Virus record (IMG/VR): IMGVR_UViG_3300035104_000006 | Coordinates: 17,576 to 81,575 of that record | Strand: one strand, 5' to 3' | Length of the DNA: 64,000 nt | Source of the DNA: a virus | Part shown: positions 50,403-58,861 of the stretch, piece by piece | Numbering within the stretch: position 1 is the stretch's first letter | How the letters are laid out: each line of letters begins with the position of its first letter | The notes under the pieces: generated by a model | What the model saw: only the letters and a program-made list of their open reading frames with translations | Told to the model about the DNA's origin: nothing | Database searches by the model: none | Translations under genes and position numbers: made by a program

Positions 50403-50412
50403 GGATTGAAAT

Positions 50413-50920
50413 ATGAATGAACAATATGAAAAAGAACTGAACACTTTACGTAAAAGAATGGAACAAGCAGAAGAATTTGCTGAGAAATTTCCGCATTTTG
50501 CTAATATAATTATTTCAAACAAATATACTATACAAGATAATTGGGTTCGTCTTTCTAATTTTTACAAGAACATGCCCTTTCCTTGGGGGTATAAATCGTG
50601 GTTATTTTAATAGTAATACTGATCGCAACATTAATAATTACGAAAAACCACATGATTGCTATTTGTGGAATATTTATATTAACACATTAACTTTGTATAA
50701 TAAACATGTGAATTTTGGTTTATATGATATAGTCAATGATGTTGATGTGTTTTTCTTAGATAAAGCTAATTCGACTTTTTATGCTACTGATGATCAAATT
50801 ATTCCCTTGCTAGATAGACTAGTTGAATGGTATAATGGTGTTTCAGATAAACTAAAAGAGTTCAATAAAAATAAAAGAATAAACGAATTAAAGAGGGAAT
50901 TAGAAGAATTAGAGGGATAA
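50413..50920 (+). pseudogene. single ~168 aa gene split by +1 G in a G5 tract (~50585)
   Basis: Removing one G joins PFPW-GINRGYF...CYLWNIY into one open frame. Confidence 0.6.
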
Positions 50921-50923
50921 ATC

Positions 50924-51691
50924 ATGTCTATTTACGTAACAGGTGACTTCCATGGTAGTATGGATATCAAAAAAATTAGTAGTAAAAATTGGTCTGAAGG
51001 TAGGAAACTAACTAGCGACGATTTCCTAATCCAATTAGGAGATTTTGGTTTGATCTGGGATAAAATAGGTTGCAAGAAAGATAAACAACATAATCACTGG
51101 AGAAATTGGTTAGGTGAGAAATCATATACATTTTGTTTTGTAGATGGTAATCACGAAGGATATACTGAACTAGAACAATTCCCAATTGAACATAAGTTTG
51201 GTGGGAAGGTAAGAGTTATTCCTACTGATAATAAACCACTATATCAATTACTAAGAGGTGAAGTATATAATTTTAATGGTCATAAATGTATAGCATTAGG
51301 AGGAGCTGAAAGTCAGGATAAACAATGGCGTATACCTGATGTGAGTTGGTGGAAACAAGAAAACTGGAATCATGCCGAAACAGAATATATTATTGATCAA
51401 ATACAAGCTAATCCTAATATAGAATATGTGTTCGCCCACACTTGCCCTGATAGCATTAGTTATGAAATTCTAAGGCATGTTGGTGCTACTAGTGCTGGTA
51501 CTTATAAAGAGTATTATGAAGGTAAGTGTGAATGTCAGGTGGCTAGGGCTATGCAAGTATTAGTTGATGAATTTGATCTGAAGCCTAAAGAATGGCATTT
51601 TGGACACTGGCACCTTGATTGTTTTGTGACTGAGAAGGATGGTGTTAAGTATCAATGTCATTATAACCATAAACCAACAAAAGTGATATAA
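50924..51691 (+). CDS. calcineurin-like metallophosphoesterase
   Basis: GDFHG, GDFG, DGNHE, AHTCP, FGHWH. Confidence 0.88.
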   Translation: MSIYVTGDFHGSMDIKKISSKNWSEGRKLTSDDFLIQLGDFGLIWDKIGCKKDKQHNHWRNWLGEKSYTFCFVDGNHEGYTELEQFPIEHKFGGKVRVIPTDNKPLYQLLRGEVYNFNGHKCIALGGAESQDKQWRIPDVSWWKQENWNHAETEYIIDQIQANPNIEYVFAHTCPDSISYEILRHVGATSAGTYKEYYEGKCECQVARAMQVLVDEFDLKPKEWHFGHWHLDCFVTEKDGVKYQCHYNHKPTKVI

Positions 51692-51805
51692 TGAAACATC
51701 TTTTTAGAATATCAACAAAGAAGAGTAATGTTTGGTCTAATGTAAATCTCAAACCAGTTTATTATGTAGCTACAAGTAAAGAAGCAGCTTCAGAAAGGAT
51801 AACCG

Positions 51806-51979
51806 ATGCAATGCCCTCAATGTGAAAAAGAGACAGAGCATAGACACGTACACGACTGCATACATGGTCTACCCTACTGTCACATGGCGGATAGCGAGCG
51901 GTATGAGTGTCTTGTATGTGGTTATGCAGTTTATAAACACGTGGGAGAGCAGCAAGGATTAAAATACATCTTGGATTAA
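51806..51979 (+). CDS. small zinc-ribbon protein (57 aa, not in ORF track)
   Basis: Hand translation MQCPQC...ECLVCG. Confidence 0.55.
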   Translation: MQCPQCEKETEHRHVHDCIHGLPYCHMADSERYECLVCGYAVYKHVGEQQGLKYILD

Positions 51980-52105
51980 CTGGAAAATACATTTGGAGGC
52001 TGCTAAATTTTGTGGATATTGAAATGAAGAACTAGAAAAATTGGTTGTTGGATTAGATTATCTAAAGTCATCTACTATAAAAACGGTAATAGAAGGAGAT
52101 TAAAC

Positions 52106-52321
52106 ATGTCACATTATTGTTGTGAATATTGCGGTAAATCATTTCGTGAAGGTTGCAAATGTGATACACCAAACGAAGAATACCAAGAATATTTTACTAA
52201 AAAAAATGATTTTATGAATAGAGGTCGTTACATAAACTATAAGAAAGTGGATGAACAACTAGAAGAATTATTCATTGCACTTTATGGTGAACCGCCAGAA
52301 AAGACTTATCCTTATCGGTAA
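52106..52321 (+). CDS. hypothetical protein (CCEYC..C.C)
   Basis: AAGGAG RBS. Confidence 0.55.
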   Translation: MSHYCCEYCGKSFREGCKCDTPNEEYQEYFTKKNDFMNRGRYINYKKVDEQLEELFIALYGEPPEKTYPYR

Positions 52322-52379
52322 ACTGTAAGTATCTAGGAATTACTTTGAACGCAATTTTGTATAAATAGGGAGGATTAGA

Positions 52380-52665
52380 ATGGATTTCAATGTAGCATTT
52401 GAAAACTTAGAAAAGAAATTCATCAGTGGTAATTCTATTCCTGTAGTACGTTCAGTTATCACTCATGAAGAATGGGAAGCTATTAAGAAGGAATTAGAGG
52501 AGTGTAGGAAACAAGGCAAACCCCACCTGATAATTGATTTTAATGGTTTTAACTATAGCTCCTATAGTGTTATGGATAAAAGCTAATAATATCCAAGTGT
52601 TAAATGTGGCTGGAAACAGGAATAGTGGGTACTTTGAAGAAGAGGTAACACTATTATTAAAATAA
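52380..52665 (+). pseudogene. ORF with SGNSIPV N-terminus and SLOG/MoCo-carrier-like C-terminal fragment after a +1 frameshift (~52561)
   Basis: Shifted frame reads WIKANNIQVLNVAGNR. Confidence 0.45.
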
Positions 52666-52668
52666 GTG

Positions 52669-52697
52669 TTCACAAAAGCGACAAATAGTGATATAGT
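52669..52697 (+). promoter_or_regulatory. sigma70 promoter with extended -10 upstream of the cassette array
   Basis: TTCACA-17-TGn TATAGT. Confidence 0.6.
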
Positions 52698-52971
52698 AAA
52701 CCTAGATGATATCTTTTAGTTAGAGGCAACGAAATGAAAAAATGCTCATAATAGGAAATGTTTCAAATGCAGTCATAAAAGATTTAAAGAATATGGGGTA
52801 TGAAATAATTCGCTATAATTATGATCCTAAAGAGATTCTTGGTAAAGAGTTCGACTTAGTTTGGATTCGTGAACACATAACAAGCAAAAATAGAAAGGTA
52901 AGTTGAGTTGCGGTAAGCCGCCGAAGGCGGAGGTTTAAGGTTCAAGGTGTCAGGTCCAAGGTTAAAACCCA

Positions 52972-53028
52972 AAATAACCCTGCAATAAGCGGCGGCGATA
53001 GCCGTCCAGCTTGATTGCGTTGTTATAT
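52972..53028 (-). repeat. attC-like site 1 (57 bp)
   Basis: Minus strand: ATATAAC-AACGC-AATCAAGC...GCTTATT-GCAGG-GTTATTT, extrahelical C in L''. Confidence 0.8.
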
Positions 53029-53045
53029 GACACATAGGAGATAAT

Positions 53046-53822
53046 ATGATTAACTTAATGCTAGGCGATTGCCTCGAAAGAATGAAAGAAATACCAGATG
53101 GCAGTATTGATTTGACTGTTACAAGCCCTCCATACGATAACCTGCGTACCTACAATAACACGCTGGATTGGGGCGAACATGTTTGGAAGCCTGTGCTACA
53201 GGATTTGTTTAGAGTAACAAAGCAGGGTGGCGTTGTTGTTTGGGTGGTTGGGGATGCAACGATAAAAGGAAGCGAAACAGGGACGAGTTTTAAGCAGGCT
53301 TTGTATGCGAAAGATTGTGGGTTTAATTTACATGACACGATGATATGGAATAAAGGAAATTTCACAGCGGTTGGTGCATTGAAAACGTCTTACGCACCTG
53401 TATTTGAGTACATGTTTGTGTTTGGTAAAGGAAGGCCGAAAACATTTAGCCCTATCAAAGACCGCAAGAACAAACACTTTGGCGACAAATACCACCAAAC
53501 AGTGCGTCAGGCAGATGGTACAACAAAAGATGGCCACGGTAAGGGCAAGAAAAGAATTGCCGAGTTTGGCCAGCGGCACAATATCTGGTTTATTCACCCA
53601 GAACAAAGTAACTCTAAACGATGTCACCCAGCTCAATTCCCAGAGCAATTAGCACGCGACCATATTATATCTTGGAGCAACGAAGGAGACACTATACTAG
53701 ATTGTTTTATGGGTAGCGGCACAACCGGAAAAATGGCAAAGCAATTAAACCGCAATTTTATAGGTATAGAGAAAGATGAAACATACTTTAAGATTGCACA
53801 AGAGCGGATTGGTGTCATATAA
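53046..53822 (+). CDS. cassette 1: N4C/N6A DNA methyltransferase (beta class)
   Basis: GDCLE, TSPPY, HPAQFP, LDCFMGSGTT; stop TAA inside TAAC box. Confidence 0.9.
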   Translation: MINLMLGDCLERMKEIPDGSIDLTVTSPPYDNLRTYNNTLDWGEHVWKPVLQDLFRVTKQGGVVVWVVGDATIKGSETGTSFKQALYAKDCGFNLHDTMIWNKGNFTAVGALKTSYAPVFEYMFVFGKGRPKTFSPIKDRKNKHFGDKYHQTVRQADGTTKDGHGKGKKRIAEFGQRHNIWFIHPEQSNSKRCHPAQFPEQLARDHIISWSNEGDTILDCFMGSGTTGKMAKQLNRNFIGIEKDETYFKIAQERIGVI

Positions 53823-53882
53823 CGTTTAAGTTAAGTGGTTGCCGGGCAGTTTCGGCAATCCAACTTGAACGACTGGTTAGCC
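53817..53882 (-). repeat. attC-like site 2 (66 bp)
   Basis: Minus strand: GGCTAAC-CAGTC-GTTCAAGT...ACTTAAC-TTAAAC-GTTATAT. Confidence 0.88.
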
Positions 53883-53912
53883 ACCACAACCAACAATGTA
53901 AGGAGATTTAAA

Positions 53913-54209
53913 ATGGACAATGCACAAATTGAAATGCCGAAGTACAGAAGCCACAAGGAAGTATGGGCGCTTAAAATCGCTGATGTGAAAAAAGACAGCG
54001 ATATGGCTGCAAAAGAAAACCAGGAAACTGACGGAAGCGCAACGCTCGTTTTTGAAGATGGGCGGTATGCTCCCGTCAAAGTGCCCCACGATTACGTCCG
54101 CAAGCACAACCCACAGCCGGGCGGTTACTATGTAGTTTATAAGGATGGCTACAAGTCGTGGTCGCCTGCCGAAGCGTTCGAGTCAGGCTACGCCAAAATA
54201 AGCGGCTAA
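53913..54209 (+). CDS. cassette 2: conserved phage protein (GYYVVYKDGYKSWSP..AFE.GY motif)
   Basis: AAGGAG RBS; stop in GGCTAAC. Confidence 0.8.
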   Translation: MDNAQIEMPKYRSHKEVWALKIADVKKDSDMAAKENQETDGSATLVFEDGRYAPVKVPHDYVRKHNPQPGGYYVVYKDGYKSWSPAEAFESGYAKISG

Positions 54210-54303
54210 CCAATCGTTCACTTTGACCGGGAAAGCGGCGCGGTTCTTTGGCAGCTTGAAAATTCCGTTTCGCTTCCCCGGCAAGTGAACTCAACCGTTA
54301 GGC
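54204..54303 (+). repeat. attC-like site 3 (100 bp, canonical polarity)
   Basis: GGCTAAC-CAATC-GTTCACTT..CCGGG...CCCGG.AAGTGAAC-TCAACC-GTTAGGC. Confidence 0.82.
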
Positions 54304-54330
54304 GTACTCTATTTTTTGGAGGAAAGCAGA

Positions 54331-54588
54331 ATGGGATATTGCGTTTGTGGGGAAAGCAGCCCGATTTGTTTCTGTTCCGGGCAGAACGGGCGAGGCAAAA
54401 GCACGAAACAGTGGAAATATTTCGAGTTTGAGCAGTGCCCATGGTGCGGCAACGATATTGATGTATTGACAGATGCCCCAGTTGGATATGTACAGGACGG
54501 GGATGCTGTGCGGTGCGTCGATGCCAACTGCGGTTTCAGATCTAGTGTGTCTGTTGATGACGAAGAAATCTGGATTCAAGACGCATAA
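54331..54588 (+). CDS. cassette 3: Cys-rich zinc-binding protein
   Basis: GGAGG RBS; CPWC...C...C; stop in GCATAAC. Confidence 0.7.
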   Translation: MGYCVCGESSPICFCSGQNGRGKSTKQWKYFEFEQCPWCGNDIDVLTDAPVGYVQDGDAVRCVDANCGFRSSVSVDDEEIWIQDA

Positions 54589-54673
54589 CGACCATGTTAA
54601 GCGGTCGGTGGCTGATGGACGGAACACTAGAAGGCAGACGATGTATTCCATCCGCTTGAACTAATTGTTAGTT
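54583..54673 (-). repeat. attC-like site 4 (91 bp)
   Basis: Plus strand: GCATAAC-GACCAT-GTTAAGC...GCTTGAAC-TAATT-GTTAGTT. Confidence 0.85.
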
Positions 54674-54699
54674 TGAGCTGCTGAGAAGAGGAGAATTAC

Positions 54700-54909
54700 A
54701 TGAGAAAAACAGTATGTAAAAAATGCGGATCAAAGATTATTGAGAACGACAGAAACCCAAATGTGCATTACTCGAATCCACGAGAAATTTGCTGGCGGTG
54801 CGAAGCAGAAGAAGAAGCCCCAATAGGGGCGTGGCTGCAAAGAAAAGACGGATCATATTACCGAAAGCGGGGAGGACGACATGAGCAACCAATACGACAA
54901 CAAAACTAA
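54700..54909 (+). CDS. cassette 4 gene a: zinc-ribbon protein
   Basis: CKKC...CWRC; GAGGAG RBS. Confidence 0.65.
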   Translation: MRKTVCKKCGSKIIENDRNPNVHYSNPREICWRCEAEEEAPIGAWLQRKDGSYYRKRGGRHEQPIRQQN

Positions 54910-55141
54910 GCTACGGGACCTGATACCAAACGGAGACGGCTACAACAGCGAGTACGCAAACACGCTGGCAGAAGCCGCCGAATATATCGAGCGACTGGAA
55001 GATCGGCTGTTTGCCGCTGGCGCGATGGAGCAAGCGCCGTGTTTCTGCTGCGGGTACAACGGGCCTGGGTACTACCAGCCGGGCTCCCATCCGTGCGCGA
55101 AACGGCACCACGAACTGCGGCACGGCGTGAGCGAAATCTAA
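54881..55141 (+). CDS. cassette 4 gene b: phage hypothetical (CFCCGYNGPGYYQP..HPCA)
   Basis: GGAGG RBS; stop in ATCTAAC. Confidence 0.7.
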   Translation: MSNQYDNKTKLRDLIPNGDGYNSEYANTLAEAAEYIERLEDRLFAAGAMEQAPCFCCGYNGPGYYQPGSHPCAKRHHELRHGVSEI

Positions 55142-55205
55142 CGACAAAATCACCTACTGAATGGAGCGTAGCGGAATGAAGTCAGTGTGCATTTTTTTGT
55201 TGTGT
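55136..55205 (-). repeat. attC-like site 5 (70 bp)
   Basis: ATCTAAC...AATCAC..ACTGA/TCAGT GTG C ATT...GTTGTGT; GGAGCGTAGCGGAATG terminal structure. Confidence 0.65.
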
Positions 55206-55346
55206 GCTTTCCTGTGGGGGGCATACGCCATAAGACGACAAATCAGGCTGTACGGCTGGTCCTGGTGGCGGGTGCCGCTGGTCGCCGCCGTGAACACTGC
55301 GCTTTGGCCCCTGTGCATGGTGATTGCTATCATCAGAGGCGAATAG
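55161..55346 (+). CDS. cassette 5: small membrane protein
   Basis: Two hydrophobic stretches; start lies within attC 5. Confidence 0.5.
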   Translation: MERSGMKSVCIFLLCAFLWGAYAIRRQIRLYGWSWWRVPLVAAVNTALWPLCMVIAIIRGE

Positions 55347-55347
55347 C

Positions 55348-55408
55348 GCACAACAATTGAGTTAAAGCGCCGACTGAAAGGAGGTCGATTTTGAACGACT
55401 TGTTAGCT
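55348..55408 (-). repeat. attC-like site 6 (61 bp)
   Basis: Plus strand: GCACAAC-AATTGA-GTTAAAG...TTTTGAAC-GACTT-GTTAGCT. Confidence 0.85.
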
Positions 55409-55609
55409 CGGTTTGGCGACCGGGAAGAAACGATTTATAGCGCAGAATTGTATCTGTTACGCAAGATCGCAGAAACCAGCAGCGACATGGTGAAAGCCCG
55501 TGATTGGGAAGAATTTCGTGTTGCGTGTGGCGGACAGGAAAAGCTGGACAAAGCCCACGCGGATGCGCTGCGCGAATACGAACAATGGCTCTCTGATGGA
55601 GAGGGCTAA
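55391..55609 (+). CDS. cassette 6: hypothetical protein
   Basis: AAAGGAGG RBS and TTG start inside attC 6; stop in GGCTAAC. Confidence 0.6.
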   Translation: MNDLLARFGDREETIYSAELYLLRKIAETSSDMVKARDWEEFRVACGGQEKLDKAHADALREYEQWLSDGEG

Positions 55610-55679
55610 CAAGGAATCAGTTTCATAATCCTCAGATATTGTTACCTCCCCACTCTAGTGGAAGGAAAAGAGAATAATA

Positions 55680-56849
55680 ATGAATAAAGTGTATGTAGTT
55701 GATACAAATGTATTCGCACATGATTATCATGCTATTGACAATTTATCGTCTAAATCTGCAAGGATAGTAATTCCCTATGTCGTTCTGGAAGAATTGGATG
55801 GATTGAAAATCCGTCAGGATCAGACTGGGAGAAACGCCCGTCATGCAATACGAAGAATTGAAGAATTAGAAAAGAGCGGTAAAGTATTCATCGCTGATGA
55901 TCCAACAGATTACTGGATTAAAAATAATGATGATAAAATAATTGCCACTGCTGTTGATGAAAGTCGTGGAGTGGATCATAACAGGGTTATTGTTCTCTCT
56001 AAAGATATCGCTTTGCGTATCAAAGCGAAAAAACATTGTTTGGAAGTGCAGGATTATAAGAACGATAGAGTAGATTCGAACCATCTTTATTCCGGTTTCG
56101 GTCTGGGTTTTCCTAATGAACTAACTATCAAAAATGGAAAAGTGGTAGATTCAGTTTCTGGCTCAGAACTGGCAAAAATAAATCCATCCGGCTTATTCGC
56201 TGCAAATATCAAACAGCAGGTTGCAATACATCATTGTATGAACAGGGAAATTCCGTTAGTAAGTCTAGTCGGGGCTGCCGGAACTGGTAAAACACTGGTC
56301 GCCATAGCTTGTGCACTAGAGGCAATAGAATGGGGGCTTTATGACAAAATAACTATCGCTCGTCCGATAATACCATTTCAGAAAGATATTGGCTTCCTTC
56401 CAGGCGATGTAGACGAAAAAATCCTGCCGTGGTTTGCGCCTATTCGTGACAACCTAAATTATCTATTCAATATCGCCGATCAAGACAGTGAAGAAAAGAA
56501 ACGTGGAAAACGGGAGCCATATGAAGAACTTGTCGACCTCGGAATTATCGAGTTTTGTCCATTAACTTATATTCGTGGTCGTTCTCTAGCTAGACAGATA
56601 ATCATTGTTGATGAATGCCAAAACGCAACTCCTAGTGAGCTTCGTACTATCCTAACACGAGTAGGAGAAGGTAGTAAGATAATTCTAACTGGAGATTACA
56701 CACAAATTGACAGTCCGTATTTATCCAGCGATACTAATGGATTGGTGTATTGTGTAGAACGGTTCAAGGACAGTGAATTGTCTGCACACGTTACACTTAC
56801 AGAATGTAAAAGATCAGAACTGGCTAGAGAGTCTGCGGAGAGGTTGTAG
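55680..56849 (+). CDS. phoH: PIN-PhoH protein (copy 2)
   Basis: VDTNV PIN, GAAGTGKT, GFLPG, RGRS, DECQ, GDYTQID. Confidence 0.92.
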   Translation: MNKVYVVDTNVFAHDYHAIDNLSSKSARIVIPYVVLEELDGLKIRQDQTGRNARHAIRRIEELEKSGKVFIADDPTDYWIKNNDDKIIATAVDESRGVDHNRVIVLSKDIALRIKAKKHCLEVQDYKNDRVDSNHLYSGFGLGFPNELTIKNGKVVDSVSGSELAKINPSGLFAANIKQQVAIHHCMNREIPLVSLVGAAGTGKTLVAIACALEAIEWGLYDKITIARPIIPFQKDIGFLPGDVDEKILPWFAPIRDNLNYLFNIADQDSEEKKRGKREPYEELVDLGIIEFCPLTYIRGRSLARQIIIVDECQNATPSELRTILTRVGEGSKIILTGDYTQIDSPYLSSDTNGLVYCVERFKDSELSAHVTLTECKRSELARESAERL

Positions 56850-56859
56850 GATAATTATT

Positions 56860-57102
56860 ATGTTGATACAGATTTCTGAAATAAGTCCAGATATTGCCGA
56901 GGAAATTTGGTGTCGCTGTCTTGTACAGGCGATTTCAGACCTTCAGCTGCCGATAGGTAATATTGATTCCAGTCGAAACTGGTTTATTTCAGAAGTGTAC
57001 GAAATTGGCTCTTTTCTCTGGGTGTGCGACCACCTGAAAATAAATCCAGCTTTGATCCGGCGAAAATACTCAAGCCTGATATACGAAGAATACCTGTCCT
57101 GA
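56860..57102 (+). CDS. hypothetical protein (probable ATG start 56860)
   Basis: WCRCLVQAISDL...W...GSFLWVCDHL.I.P pattern seen in phage small proteins. Confidence 0.5.
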   Translation: MLIQISEISPDIAEEIWCRCLVQAISDLQLPIGNIDSSRNWFISEVYEIGSFLWVCDHLKINPALIRRKYSSLIYEEYLS

Positions 57103-57202
57103 GAGCGCGAAAATTGACCGTAGAGAGCATTTCTTTTCAAAATCAACCCAAACCTTGCTCATTTCTTAACAGAAAATTAAATCGTCTTTAATCATTTTCT
57201 TG

Positions 57203-57231
57203 TTGACAAAACCGACATTTTCCTATATCAT
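57203..57231 (+). promoter_or_regulatory. sigma70 promoter
   Basis: TTGACA-17-TATCAT. Confidence 0.75.
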
Positions 57232-57330
57232 CCGTACTTAACAAATCGAAACAAAAATCTTTCAACAGTCCGGTATCGGACATAACTCAGAAAGCCAATT
57301 ATTGGCTAAATCAAAAAAGGAGAAGAAATC

Positions 57331-57723
57331 ATGAAAAATGTAACTCGTGAAGCAACTACTCGTAACGAAGGTGTAACTGAACTGCTCGGCACTTATGAAA
57401 TTGTTGAGTTTGAAACTGTACAAGAGGCGATTGATAAGTTTGGAGAAGCTGTAGTTACCGGGCTGATCAATAGCCAGTATTCCACTGATGTTGCACGTAT
57501 TGCCCGTGCTGCTTTCCAGAAGGATGGCGATGTGGATGTACAGGCTGAGATTGATGCGTATGTTCCTGGACAGCGTAAGGCAAAGCCGAGCATGGCAAAA
57601 CTGATGGACATCATCGGCGACCTCGCCGCAGAAGGTAAAGCTGATGTAGTAAGTAAAGTGATTGCCCTTCAGTCTAATGAAGGTCTGGAAGCTGCTTATA
57701 ATTTCGCCCTCGAAAATAAGTAA
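57331..57723 (+). CDS. hypothetical protein, probably highly expressed
   Basis: Strong promoter, AAGGAG RBS, downstream GAGCA/TGCTC hairpin. Confidence 0.7.
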   Translation: MKNVTREATTRNEGVTELLGTYEIVEFETVQEAIDKFGEAVVTGLINSQYSTDVARIARAAFQKDGDVDVQAEIDAYVPGQRKAKPSMAKLMDIIGDLAAEGKADVVSKVIALQSNEGLEAAYNFALENK

Positions 57724-57905
57724 GTAATTATCCTGAGCATGATATAAAACTGCTCATTTTTAAGCTGAAATAAATAAGTTAGTTAATAAGTCTTTACCTG
57801 TACCTGCTAGCATATCCACTACTAACCCTTTTCTACCCAGGATATTATTGTTAGCGGGTACAATTAAGGACTTATCAACCGACCTACTACGAAAAGGAGG
57901 AAAAT

Positions 57906-58265
57906 ATGAAATTCCGTAAAACAGCTATTCTATTTCTCATTCCCACATTTCTTTTCTTATTTTCATCATCTTCTTCTTTCGCAATACAGGAATCAGAAGT
58001 ACATATCGCCTGTAAAGCATCGGCAGAATTTGCAGAAAAGATTATGGAGGTAAGACAGGCAGGAATGCCAATAGTAGACATTATGGATATTATCGAGTCA
58101 AACAACGACAAAGAATCATCTTTCAATGAAGTAGCGAAGAACATAATCATAGATGCGTATAACGAACCACGCATGTTCACAGATTCACTAAGAAAAATTA
58201 TTATTTCTGAGTTTAGTAACAAAACATACTCATCTTGTGTGAGAGAATTAGGAGGTAAATTTTGA
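57906..58265 (+). CDS. secreted/exported hypothetical protein
   Basis: AAGGAGG RBS; signal peptide ending SFA; C..A.IME.RQ.G. Confidence 0.6.
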   Translation: MKFRKTAILFLIPTFLFLFSSSSSFAIQESEVHIACKASAEFAEKIMEVRQAGMPIVDIMDIIESNNDKESSFNEVAKNIIIDAYNEPRMFTDSLRKIIISEFSNKTYSSCVRELGGKF

Positions 58266-58266
58266 A

Positions 58267-58719
58267 ATGAGTAGTTATCGTCCATACCGTTGGGGGTTGT
58301 CATTGGCATGTTATCACAAATTCGCAGGATTTTTAACAAGTAGTTTGCCAGTAAGAATTCCATTGACCAGCCCTAGTCAGGCAAGTTTCATTCGTGATGC
58401 GATTACTTATGCTGAAGATAATGATTTACCAGGAAAGGAACTTAAAGGCAGAGTAAAGGTAAGTCTGGAAAGTCCGAAACTAGCAGTTCTGGACTGGAAA
58501 AATCCAAATCTTAAAGTTGATGTATCAGGAAGTACGGATAATATTAGCAAGCCGATTTCGATCTTTGACATTATTGGAATGTGCGAAGAGGGTGAAAAGG
58601 AAAAACTTGTCGGTAGATATACCATTCTCGAAGGCACAAACAGCTTAGAAGATATTAAAGATCAGTACGAACTTTCCTACTCCTACATATCTGAAACAGA
58701 GGCAGAATTTCATGGATAA
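58267..58719 (+). CDS. hypothetical protein
   Basis: ORF track. Confidence 0.55.
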   Translation: MSSYRPYRWGLSLACYHKFAGFLTSSLPVRIPLTSPSQASFIRDAITYAEDNDLPGKELKGRVKVSLESPKLAVLDWKNPNLKVDVSGSTDNISKPISIFDIIGMCEEGEKEKLVGRYTILEGTNSLEDIKDQYELSYSYISETEAEFHG

Positions 58720-58861
58720 TCTTTCTGATGAAGAACTTGTTGATCTTGCCCTAGCAGAGAGAGAAAAGTCAGTAGTAAAAGTTAAAAAGAAACCTACCAA
58801 GTACGACAAGGAAATGCAAAAGTTGTTGGAGAAGGCTCAACAAGTTGAGAGGGAGAAGAAA

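Noticed and set aside
51790-51985. Zn-ribbon ORF flanked by ATAAC/TTAAC as another cassette
   Set aside because: No attC stem and no complementary GTT end.
55604-55650. A seventh attC after cassette 6
   Set aside because: R box present, but the L boxes are degenerate and the element is too short; treated as the array boundary.
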